Shown: in pieces, positions 13,280 through 26,213 of the stretch
How positions within the stretch are numbered: the first letter of the stretch is position 1
Layout of the letters: the number at the start of each line of letters is the position of its first letter
Origin: Yuukianura sp. NJ FZ-2021
Taxonomy: Eukaryota
DNA length: 64,000 bases
Direction of reading: 5' to 3'
Assembly: GCA_046563655.1 (NCBI GenBank)
Contig: CM102289.1
Span: forward strand, 8,370,001 to 8,434,000
Notes under the pieces: generated by a model
The model's input: only the letters and a program-made list of their open reading frames with translations
The model's database searches: none
Told to the model about the DNA's origin: nothing
Program-made: the position numbers and the translations under genes

Positions 13280-14229
13280 TCGCCAGCCTACTGTTCTATT
13301 TTCAGCTAAATTCAGTCTACTATCTATAATTTATATAATTCGAATGACTATTCGGGTTTCCTATTTAGCAGGGTATTTTTGTTTGTTTAAAAAAACACAA
13401 AACCGAATTTCAATCTGGAGCAAATTGTTTCAAAAAATGAACTGATCCAAATAATTTACCTGTTGTAACTTATAATTTAATTTAAGAAGTACTGTTCTAG
13501 CTGTCTCTGTTTGTTTCCTGTGTTAGCCTTACTACTGCCTTCTTGATTTTTTCTATATTCTAACAATTTAGTTGAAACAAAAATAGTTTTACTCTGTGAA
13601 GACTTTTTCTAAAAAAGTATATATATATAACCAATCAGGAAAAAATAAATTTAAAAACTACTTCCAATGAACTCCAGCTTATAACGAGCCGAAACCGATT
13701 TATTAATTTGTCATAATTTTGAACAACTCTGTAAAACAAAGCTACACTCTAAAGCTTATTTGGCAAGCTATTTGCCTATACCTACATTCAAGTTAATCGA
13801 TTAACTTGATTGATAATTAACATCTACCATAAAAAATGTTTGGTTACATTCTAGATTCCAGTGAATCGGTAAAACTTAATCTTTAGTATTTTTCTTAGTT
13901 TTTAGTATTTTTAGCACATTACGCGTAATTGTGATGTTTCAATTTATTTGTAGTAAGGATGGAGCTACTACGAAATTTTAGTTTTTACGTTAAAATGGTA
14001 AAATCAGGACAGGATCAACAGTTGAAGCCAATTTCAGGAAATTTTGAGGAAATTTTGAATTTGGAGAGGATTAAGGTGAGGTGACGACGGACAGACAGAC
14101 AGACATTACAAGTTCATAAAGCAGTTCTTGTTTTCAGAACTGAGTATAGTCAGCAAAGTGCTCCTGTGCTTCAACCTGTCTATTAGGCTCTGTGAAGCGA
14201 ATGGCTTGGCGCTGTACTGTACGATCTGT

Positions 14230-17200
14230 TTACAAGCGCCGCTTAAGCTCATACTCTTCCTCATCGATTGATTGAGAATTTTTATCATGATCATTACCAC
14301 CATCCTGGTCATCAGAAGTGCTACGATTGGGAGCAGTTCGGGTGTAGATCGGATTGAAGTTGCCGTGGACAACGCCTTCCGTAATGTGCACAGAGGTCAC
14401 ATCGGATCCAGGGATTTCGAACATTGGGTCGAGCAGAATTCCTTCCACGATAGCACGCAGACCACCTAAGACACAACACAAACATAATACACCAGAAAAA
14501 GCAACCAGTACAAAAAAAAAGTTTACAAAAAAAGTAAAAGTTTTGCAAGAAACTCCAACTTACGAGCTCCAGTTTTGCGTTCAAGTGCGAGGTGAGCTAT
14601 TGCCTTCAGAGCATCAGAAGTAAACGTCAAGTCAACCTGTATTACACAAAGACAAAACATTTAGCACGTTTAGTTACAGTTTTGAAAAGGACAACTTTTA
14701 GTACGCTTCCAACCGAAACTTTTAGTACATTTTCAACAAAAACTGAACAATTTTTTTTGTTATGGCAGTCTCACCTTGTCCATGGCAAGAAGTCTCTGAA
14801 ACTGTGGAACCATTGCATTCCTCGGTTCCGTTAAAATTCTGACTAGTAAATCTTCTCCAAGGGAGTGGAACGGGACTAGTACTGGGAACCGCCCGACAAA
14901 TTCCTATAAACAAAAAAATGCATGTCGATTGATATGCTTAGAATCTGTGTTACGAAAGTACTTTGGAAGTGTTGAAGTACTTACCGGAATCATGCCGAAC
15001 TCAATTAAATCTCGCGCTTCGACTTGTTTCAAATAGGCATCCATTTCTGCGTTGTCCTCAGCTGAAGTATTGACACCACCCGACATATGCGCTACGCCGG
15101 CTTGATGAGCAGCTCTTCGGCCTGGAGAAGCAGCAGCAGGAATTCCGAAACCCAAATACTAGAAAGCATAAAACAAAAATCAAATAAACATTAAACTAAC
15201 ACATCATAGTTCATTTCACGTCTCGGAGAGCTATGTTTTACCTTCTCATTTTTCCGTCTTGACACAATTCTATCGAGGCCGTTGAAAGCGCCGGAAGCGA
15301 CGAACAGGATGTTGGTTGTGTCGACCTGGACAGATTCTCCACGGAGTTTGCGCGGAGCGTTCCTCTCGGGAACATTCACCACAGTGCCTTCCAGCATCTA
15401 AAATATAAACAAACGTTACATCGTTATACATGTATTATAAACCGCAAACTAATACACGGAAATAAGTATAATCAGCTGCTCTCTGCTGAATCTGGATGGA
15501 TTACCTTGAGCATACCCTGTTGAACACCTTCTCCTCCGACATCACGAAGTTGATGGATCCCCGGAACGGCTCCAATTTTGTCTACTTCGTCTAAGAATAC
15601 TATCCCTGTATAAAGAAATTCCGACTTTTACACAGAACCGAAAACAAATCAACTTCCAGATTCCGCAAGTAAAAGTACAACTTATGCAAAATTTTGTTTT
15701 TGAGAAAACGAAAAGCTTACCGGTTTGTGCCTTCTCAACGTTGTAATTTGCGTCCTGAAGCAGTTTCGCAATCACTGACTCGATGTCTTCTCCAACGTAG
15801 CCAGCCTGTATTAGTAATATTACGAAAAATTCAACGACGATTTTTCGAAAATTAAAAATCTTTTAGCAAAACCAAGGTTAAACGTGTAGTTCAATCGGAT
15901 AGCTTACCTGTGTCAATGTGGTACAGTCGCAAATTGCAAAAGGCACATCTAAACACTGTGCTATTGTTTGAGCCAGCAGAGTTTTCCCTGGATATGGATA
16001 AGAAAGTTAACATTTAGATGCTTCTAATGAGATAATACAGCAAGTACTGAGGATACTGTTGCTAACCGGAGCCCGTAGGTCCTAAAAGAAGGATGTTAGA
16101 CTTGTCTAACTTTGCGTCGTGAGTGGTAGCATCCAGAATGTCGCTTCCAGCAGCACTCGCACTTCCCGGTGCCATGCCTTGATTATTTCCGTTGTTATTG
16201 GGCTGAGGAGTTCGGAAGTTTCGGCCTTCATAGTACGTGTCAGAGTTGGCCCAGCTTGGACCCACTTGTTGATGGGTATGGGACTGCTGACCTTGGGGGA
16301 ACACTCCGAGGGCACTGCTGTGCTGCATACTTCCCAGATGAAGCAAGTCTGAAAACATAAAAAAACGTTATTGAATCGTCAATCGTTCCCTTCCGATACT
16401 CCACGGAAGGAAAAAAGCGTACGACTATTGAGTGTATTAGAGAGTTGCGTAAAACCATCTAAGTTGCGGATGATCGGTTCCGATGATGCGGGTTTGCTCG
16501 GTTGTGCCTGGATGTTGATGGAGAGTCGCTTGTAATGATTGTAGACAGCAACTGACAGTACTTTCTTAGCCTGTTCTTGTCCAATAACATTCCGATCCAG
16601 GTACTCATAGATTTTCTTTGGTGGCGGTGGATTCTTCTTGGTTGAAAACTGGGCATTGTTTCCATACTGGTAGTTCCGCTGAGAGTCTGCTTCAGTAGTA
16701 CGCAGTGGTTCACGCAGAGGTCTGCGACCATCTAACTCCGACAGGACGACAAAGAAGTGTTGACACTTATCACATTTGACGAAACGAGTGGAGGCTAAAG
16801 TAAAAAAAAATCAAAATTAAGTTAACTTTTTAACAAAATTGGACTAAAATCGTTGTAGTTTTTAGCAACTTACAAACAAATGTCTCCACATGAGAACATA
16901 CGTCACCGCATTTTGGACAACACAGTCCACCGCGTCCTGAACCTCCCGATCTAGTTTCACTTCCATTTCCTGACCGTGACTTTACGTCTTTCCCGCCACC
17001 GCCGTCAATTGGTGGTGGTGACGAGCCGTTTGGAAGCCGAGCTGCGATGACTTGTGAAGACGAAAATTCTTGTGGGAAGTCCTTCAATGGGAAGACACCT
17101 ACAACAGATACAAAAAACGTGTTAAAATTGGCATTGAGTCAAATGTTGTGGAGTTTAGTATTATATACAAAGTGTTTAGTAATCAACTGCTGGCTCAAGT

Positions 17201-18826
17201 TACTTGAGAGTGATAACAAGAAAACAAAAAATTAGAAGGTCATTGTCACTCATAAGTGGCATGATTTTATAGCTTCCAGAAAGTGTGGTGCAATCTCTTG
17301 AGTTTAGCTAATGTACGTCAAATTCTACCGAAATACGACAGACTTTACGAGACAAACGCCACAACGACGAACTTGAAAGTGTCATGCGCATTGGACAGTG
17401 TTGGCCTGCGCGTGCAATACTGCATTTCTGTCAACGTACTGTAAATTATTTATACAAATCTCATTGGATTTGATTAGTTTGCAACAGCACATGTATCGGT
17501 TTAGGACAAAGTTTAAGATTGTAAGTACAATGTCGTCCGGTCAGGGGTTGAAATTCAAGCAATTCTAAAACTTAGAAAACAAACAACACATAAGGTTTGC
17601 ATCAAGTTTTTGTTTCTTTACTTCACCCTCAGAGTGAAATTTTTCCTGGAACTTGGATTTGTGTTTTAATTGAAAATGTTTTTCTACGGATAAACAATGA
17701 TCAATTCCGTCATAATAATAATACGCCGAAGTATTTTCAATTGACTTGTTTTCGTAATGAAACCTAAGCTGTGTAAACTGCAATATTAGTCATTTGTTTT
17801 CAACGGTGACCGGTCGACCTCAAGTTCACTTGGGAAGTGCTGAAGTGCATGGCCTTGTTTACATGATTCTGGATTCTGGAAGACCATACCCCCAAAACAT
17901 GATTACCAATTTACCAACCCCATTTTTACGCAATACAATTTCTAGTTAATTCCACTTGCAATCGGCATTACTAACGATAAGAAGATGACCCCGGGACCAA
18001 AAGATTACGAAGATGTGGCCGTGGCGTCATGTAAACTCGTCACAGCACATACTAACATCAATATGTGATCGTGATCTAAACGAAAGTGAATGCTTTTAAA
18101 TACATAAACACTTTCTTCAATGAAAATTATGTTCACTAAAATTAGGAAAATTAAAACTTATGAGATGCTAACCAGCAGAAGACTGAAGCCATTGTCAGGA
18201 AACATTCGTGAGTTCAGCAACCTTGTTTAGTAATGGAATGATAAATCCTGTTTGCTGCCATCCTAACCTGCCAGACTAACAAAACGCTTGACAGGTTAGT
18301 GAACCCGAGATTTGTTTTTACATTATTGCAAAGCCAAATTTGCAATTCCACTGTTTTGAAAGAAAAATTTAACTTTACAAAGCCCGAAACTTAACCCGCG
18401 AGAAGTTGATCTACCCTACGATATCATGAACCGCTAACGCTATATACTTTAGTACCTGGTCCGATATTAAATTAACTAGGCGTAGTCAAGTTTTTAGCAC
18501 CGATTTTTTAGTTACTGCACTTTGACGTTACTTTGAAATCATTGGTTTAACGCAATCTACGTTTAGTGGCTTAGAAACCACATAAAATTCGACTTATCAA
18601 AATGGTTAACTAAATATGCGCATTCAATCCAATCCCAAGTTAATCGTCCAATCCCAAGGCAAACAACATTATTAAAATGAAAACTGCATAAGGTCAACTT
18701 ACATTTCCGTGTGTATAAATTGCTGGGGTGCTTGTGGTGACTATGTGTAGCCGCCGTGAGCGGAGCAGAATGGAGACACCGAAAATGTACTGCGGAAGAC
18801 AGTCTTGCAAACTTCATGATCGTCAT
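14230..18826 (-). CDS. CLPX: Mitochondrial ATP-dependent Clp protease ATPase subunit ClpX (multi-exon)
   Basis: Zinc finger [15 protein letters not shown], Walker [53 protein letters not shown]. Exon 18826-18703 encodes a presequence-like peptide (Arg-rich, no acidic residues, FRCLHS) and splices in frame (phase 1) to the exon starting at 17098. Confidence 0.95.
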
Positions 18827-19890
18827 GCAATGTCAATGTCAGCAATGGGAAGAGCGTCGTTACTCAGATGACTTGAGATGGCCAAGATACTCCTAATTGC
18901 TCGTCGATGTCAAATTCACATTAAATATGAGTTTTAGCTAATTGACTCTTCAAAGTTCACGCCAGGGAGGGAGAACTGGATCTTCAACAAGAAGGATCGG
19001 ACTCCCTGTGACTTTGTTCTTGACCTCGACCTCTTCCTCAGAGATAGATGAACAACTGATGATAAACAAAACAAAATGAGTGAATTGTTTTGAAAACTAC
19101 GCAGAATGGATAGTGGATAAACAGAGAATGTGGCTGAGTGTCCTGGTGATCTTCATCCGAGCATCTGACTGGAATAGAATTTGGATGAATACCAAAAATG
19201 AAAAGAACAACATTACACACGGGTGTCACTAAATCTCAGACTCGCGGAATTCTCAGGAACAGGAACGTTGGATTAACTGTGTTCAAAAGATTTTGCTTAT
19301 TTTTTCCCCATAATAATCGATACCTACATTAATCTAGTTAAGTACACATTAGTTAGTACAAAATTCAATTTCACACAACATATTATAATATTGATGCTTG
19401 CTATAGTGGCAGTAGTTGTCCGCGACAGCAAATAATTTAAGTTGTTGTCAGGAAGTTAGCATTGCATATTTGCATTAACTTAAACGGATGAGATTGTGAT
19501 GATGTTTAATGCCTAATAATTAATCAAAAGATTTAATTAATTTAAACATCACAAAGGTGTTCAATGCAATATTATATTTACGTAGCGTTTTTAAGTTATT
19601 TTGTTAGGTTTTTATTGTGTATACAATTTGTTTTGTGGAAACACCTGAGACAACTAAAGAAGTTCAAATTTTTGTAAAGCGGGAATTTCAAATAGTTCAG
19701 AGTAGTGCCACCTCATGAGAGATTCGTAACTACGACATTGATTTAATACTTCCACGTTCATTACAACCCTGATTCATGTGTAAAGCCTTACCAAAAAGCA
19801 GTAAAGTAAAAAGTGGGGCTGAAATAATGCATGAAAGCAAAAGTTGCATAAACGGCATAAGAAATTTATGTTCTGTTCTGTTCATCTAAA

Positions 19891-19897
19891 CTCTTTC
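19891..19897 (+). promoter_or_regulatory. Candidate TCT / 5'-TOP initiator of RpS17
   Basis: CTCTTTC about 120 nt upstream of the RpS17 ATG matches the polypyrimidine initiator typical of ribosomal protein genes. The TSS cannot be verified from sequence alone. Confidence 0.35.
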
Positions 19898-20008
19898 GCG
19901 AAAATCGGAAACAGCCACGCCGGATAGGTTTTGAGTTTTCAGTGTGTCGAATTGGAAATTTGCCATTAAAAATCGGTTAACTGACATCAATTAGGCGAGA
20001 TCAACACG

Positions 20009-20801
<793 letters not shown>

Positions 20802-21501
20802 ATTTTAACGGCGAATTAGGAAAGTTCTACAGCTGCGCCTCCTTCACCATTGTTTTATAATTCTAATTTCGAAGGGTTCCAGAGTTTCCAACTAATAAAA
20901 CGGTCGGAAAGCCCAGTTGTAACAAGAAGTTTGTTTCTTCATGCTGTATTTTGTTTGTGACAGCGGCGGGAATCCAAGTGGCATGTCAGTGATTACTCTA
21001 TTTGCTTCATTTTTCAAAAGCTTAGGATATTAATATTTTAATTAAGTAGTGGCCGTAACTGAACTAATTTTTTTTACAACGTACGCCAATGAAAAGACGT
21101 GATACAATGATACAAGCCAGTGGCCAATAGGAGCCTGTTTTGAACGAGAAGGGCGGGAGAGAACCGTTAACATATGAAAACATCTACACAAGGTAAACAA
21201 AGACTGAAAGTGAAAGTGAGCTAAATTTGTTTTAATTTTTTTGTCGGATCGGTTTTTGGAAGCCATTGGTAGAGTATTATTGGGGAATCTAATTAAAATT
21301 AAGGTAAGAACAATCATTGTACTTTAAATTGACGAATTTCTGACGGTTACATTCTGTTTTAACTTTCAGATACCTTTACGAAATAAATTGGGGAAAAGTT
21401 GTTGCGGAGCGGATGTAACGAACTGCTCATCGTGTACTCCGCCATCTAACACCAAAATTTAACCAGTCGCTGGTTACCAGTGACAAACTCTAGCACTTAC
21501 A

Positions 21502-22422
21502 ATGTTGCCTTTCAGTAGCTCGCCGTTATCAGGTCGTGGCAATCGATTTCCCAAAATATCGTTGGACGGATGCATGGACATCTCCGACATTTCGGATACG
21601 TTTCAGAAAAATGTTGTTCTGAACGAAGAACCGGATACAAGCATCGATGCATTCAAGAAAACCGAAATGAGACGTACGGTCAAGCAGCTTAGCGGGATTC
21701 AACGGATCATTTTTCCACACTCTTGCAATAACGCCATCAACGGTGCTGGTGCTGCTGGTCTAACTCTAAATGAAAAGATGCAAGCAGAGACTCCGCTTTT
21801 GACTTCGTTGGGAATCACTCTAGCGCTTTTGGAACCTGCGCAAATCAATTCAGCCTCTGTTACCACTGCAATTTCGGTTCGGACTCATCGAATTTTGGAA
21901 AGGCAAAGAATGCTCGCTAACATAAAGGCACAAACTACTGAATTGAAGGTGAAAAAAGAAAGAATCAATGCCACAGTAAAGGACATAAGATCTGAAATTG
22001 AAGGTATTAAGAAGAAGGTGAACCAATACGAACAGGAAATGAATTCAGTCGACGAAGATGAATTGAGAATAGTCAATGCCACATACTTAGCAGAAATTGC
22101 TGCCGAACGTGTGAGTTTTTATAGTGGCATTTCTAATTAAAAAGGATGAAAATCATTTCTCTCTGCATTTCTATTTTAGGAGCGATTTGAACGGGCAGAA
22201 GCATTGGAAACTGCTTGCAGCAAAGAAAAAATTGATACGGCTATGTCAGAAGTTAAAAATTTACAGAAAAAAGCTGAAATGTTATCATCGGAGTTGGAGT
22301 ACACTACATCGCTTCCACCAAACTTACGACAAATTAGAAGTAAAGTTGAAGAAAGAAAACGTCATCTGCAGGATATTATTCACAAAGTGGAGGATTTAAT
22401 GGAGTACGGCTTCAAGCATTAA
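21502..22422 (+). CDS. Coiled-coil protein, HAUS1 (augmin subunit 1)-like, 283 aa (exons 21502-22110, 22180-22422)
   Basis: In-frame GT-AG join and long heptad repeats. The C-terminal LEYTTSLPPNLRQIRSKVEERKRHL resembles the HAUS1 tail (L..Y..L.P......KIEE.KREL), and the length fits. Confidence 0.55.
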
Positions 22423-23051
22423 CGTAATAGTTATGCATTTTCTCACATAAGTTACTATCTATCTTGTTAAAACTCTAATGTTTTTATGCCAAAACGTTGT
22501 GTAATATGACCAGCCTGTCATAAGAATTGATAACCTTTTAAGTTCTCGCTATTTGTATTAAATTATAAGTTTGCAAAGTTTTCCTAATTTTACATTAAAA
22601 ACTCACGATAATCTTAACAAGATCAATTAAAGTACATAATCGTCAATTCGCAGTTCAATTTTTTAAATTTCCAATGCCCAGCGCTAACGTTGAAGTATGA
22701 GGGTAGGGGTGGTGTCTTCTACATGATCCCCAAAAGCGGGAATTTCATTTTTCAAGTTTTTTTTCACACGAATTATAAATAAAATAACGTTTTTTTTCGC
22801 AGTTTTTCTTCCGGATCCGGACATTGGACGATTGGGGGAGCAAGCGTAACTAATTAATCTGATTCTGATTGACGTGTAATTTGCAGTAAGGGCCCCTTAC
22901 TATGGGGACAAATCACTGGTTAGATTTACCTGCCTTTGGTGAGTCAATTTTTGGGTATAAAATTTGTGTGTGAATTCACAAAGTTATGAACGTTCAAGTC
23001 AACTAAAAAGAAAATCTAATCTATTTTTTAGTCTTGTAGATTAAAAACAAA

Positions 23052-26000
23052 ATGGAGACGGAAGAGGAATACTCGCTTCCGTTAATGCAGTCCAAAATCG
23101 ATGTACAGAACCAGCTTATATCTCTTTTACAAACGGAAATTGAAATGCAAAATGAGAAGATTTCTTCTCAAGACACTCAAATCAAGGACCTCGCTGCAAA
23201 GGTATGATTCGTCAATCGTATTCTTGGTATTGCCATTGCCAACCTATGACGTGCCTTAATAACTCCGCCCCAATTATTAATTACTCTGATATTTGTTTCT
23301 TTCAGCTCCAAGCTATCCAGGAGCAGCTTGGACAATTAAGTTCGCAGAAAGTCCAAACGCACCATACTCGTGTTGTGGAAAGTATCGACGCCAGCGAGAA
23401 ACAGAATGCGTGTACAGCTGATTCGTCCAGTGGCATGCAGAATACAAAGTCCGAGTCTGAAGTCCAGTCGTCTGTTCCAGATTCAGCTCCATTATCAGTT
23501 GCTGAAATGGCGAGACAGACTGCAGAAGCTGTTGCTGCAACATCCGGGTTTGTCTATGACGAGAACTCGGGGCTGTACTACGATTACTCAACCGGTTACT
23601 ACTACGATCCCGTATGCATGGAATTCGTGTTCATAGTTATGTCGTTTCCTTATATTTAATTGAACCTACATCTGCTGCACATTTTTTTACTAGAATCGCA
23701 AGTTGTACTACAATGGCCACACACGAACCTATTACACTTACGACGAGACTACCAAGGAGTATTCATTTCATTCTCAATTGCCTCCCGAAACTTCTGAGAA
23801 TCAGCACCCTACTATCCACAACAGAAGTACAAAGAAGAAGACGTTAGCACTGAAACATCAGTCGACACAGACCAAAAGCAAGTCAAGGAAACCAAAAACA
23901 AAGATGACGGAGGACAAGGAGAAGGAAACGGAAGAAGGCGAAATAAGCTGCAGTTCCCATGAAAGCGACAACGACAGTGACGTCAGTGTGAGTATAATCG
24001 AAAGGCCTCCAGTTGTCCATGAAGTTGTTAATGTGGATAGCGACAGTGATGAAAGTATTAGTGAAAAGGAGAACGCTCCCTGTATTCGTGCAATTGTACA
24101 ATCATCTGAAGGAACGTCACCGGAATTGAAGAAGGGTTCTCTGTTCATTGTCACTTGCATGGGAGGAACGATTGGTCGTGAAGGTGACTATCATGCTATC
24201 GTAATCCCGGACCCGGGTGTCAGCAAGGTAAAGTTGCTAGTACTGCCAATATTTTCTCCGAAGCATGCATTAATTGAGTACAGAACTGATTTGTGACTTA
24301 TTTCATTCTTGAAAACTAGGACCACGCCCATATTACTTTCGAGTATGGCGAGCCGAATGAGGTCATTGCTGTCGAGGAGGATTGGGATGCTGATCAGCCG
24401 ATAAACAAGATCCGGGAAAAGAAATACTTCGTTAAGGATTTGGGAAGCCAAAACGGGACATTCTTAAATCGGAATCGGCTTTCACCTTCCAATGGCAGAA
24501 GCGGACCTTTTGAAATTCAACATGGTAGCACTTTACAGGTACCACTCCACTTCCATTTATGAAGAAACATGAACTAATTTTGTGTCAAGTATTAAAAAAG
24601 TTATACATTTTTTTTAGATTATGAACACAATCCTCCTACTTCATATCCACAGTGGCAATAAGACTTGCGGCCACTGCGAGCCGGGATTGTTGATTGAAAA
24701 GGATGTGGAGATTTTGAACGGTTCGTCCACAGCGTAAAAGTAGTACCAGAAAAGACTCATTTTTATGAAAATACAAAAATGCTAACCCTGCTTTAACTTT
24801 TTTAGGTCCGATAGTAACACAAAGCCAAAGAGAAGCTCAAAGGAGAAAAGCAGTGCGAAAGATGCGTCAAAAATATGCAATCGGGAATCTCCAAACAGGA
24901 ATTATTCCGAAACTAATCGAAAAATACAAAGATCGAGCTGAAGATCGACGTCGCTTGCTGGGATCCGACCATCCATCGTTCAAGCAACAGGAGGACGCAC
25001 CAGCTTCAATTCATGTGTAAGTTTTTTGAAATTAGCATCTGAATTCAAAGTTTTGTTAAATAGCACTACAGTAATTAATTGTTTGGTAATTAATTGATTA
25101 ATTGTTGATTTTGAAGGCCGATTAACGAGGGTAACAAGGGGTTCAAGATGCTACAGAAGATGGGTTGGTCTGAGGGTAAGGCATTGGGGCCAACTGGAGA
25201 AGGCGGAGTGCGAGAACCGGTAAGTTTTGAATTCTTTTTATGTCGTCGTTCGTTCATTATTAAAAAAAGGCGGGGGTTTTGAATTGTACTTTTGGCAAGA
25301 TTCTGCTGTTATTCCCAGGAATAGTCTGAATGAAAATTCCATTAAGTTCAAAAAATCTTTTTTTCTGTTCAACTTGTTTTCGGTTTGAACTTTCTCTTTT
25401 AGAAAGTTTGAGTATACCGAGGAAGTTGTTTTAGAACTAAAGTTGGCAGTTGGCCGGAGAATCAATGGGACAATTTGGCGACATTGTCGCTGCCTCCCCC
25501 ACAAATTTTTGTTATTCTGTTCAGCTTGACTGAACTTTCTTTTGGGTACATAATCAAATGAATGGTCTAAAAAAAAGTTGATGTCGCTGTTTTGCTCCTA
25601 AAACTTGGAATAGAATCGCATATTCTTCTAAATTATTTGTATAAGTTTTTCGATGACTTTTTTTTAAACCAATTTCAAGCTAATAATGGTGTTGTTTAAG
25701 TTTGGCATTTCAAATTTCACGGATTATTAGTGGGTGTTGAAATTTGAGATTGGGTGTTGAATTTTTAGCAATTCAATCAAGTGCGCTAATAACTTTTTTT
25801 TAAAAAGGAAATTGGTAACTGATACTAAATTTCCTCTTCTTTTTTGTTTTCCAGGTGAAATTTGAAGTTAAAAATAATCGTGCTGGACTGGGTGCTTCTG
25901 CTGGCTCAAGGAAAACATTGTATTTTACTGAAACCAATCAACCATCATTTCCTGTCAGTTCTTCAGAAACTTTTGGAAAAAGAAAGATGAAGGGACAAAG

Positions 26001-26133
26001 AGCAGCTTTCCTCAAGAAAACTGTTGAGAGGTACATTCAAGTCCAAGGAACGTCCGGTTCGGACCCAGATCAGGTTAGCACCAGCAGTAGTACTTGTAAT
26101 AAGCCTGGTTTGGATGTAATTCAACTTGATTAA
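23052..26133 (+). CDS. AGGF1: Angiogenic factor with G-patch and FHA domains 1-like (coiled coil, OCRE, FHA, G-patch; about 8 coding exons)
   Basis: OCRE (GFVYDENSGLYYDYSTGYYYDP), FHA (GGTIGREG, VSK|DHA, DLGSQNGTFLN), TCGHCEPG, YKDRAEDRR, and G-patch (NKGFKMLQKMGWSEGKALG...RAGLG). Confidence 0.93.
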
Positions 26134-26152
26134 TCAGGTTCAGTTGTTGTGT

Positions 26153-26213
26153 TGTGCTAAAATGCATAATTTCGGATTAAGTATGCGCTAAAATGCATTA
26201 TTTCGGATTAAGT
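26153..26213. repeat. Two-copy ~31-bp tandem repeat
   Basis: GCTAAAATGCAT(A/T)ATTTCGGATTAAGTA is repeated directly after the AGGF1 stop. Confidence 0.8.

Noticed and set aside
17326..17391. ATG at 17391 as the ClpX start ([16 protein letters not shown])
   Set aside because: It looks presequence-like, but its donor is phase 0 while the next exon needs phase 1. Exon 18826-18703 fits.
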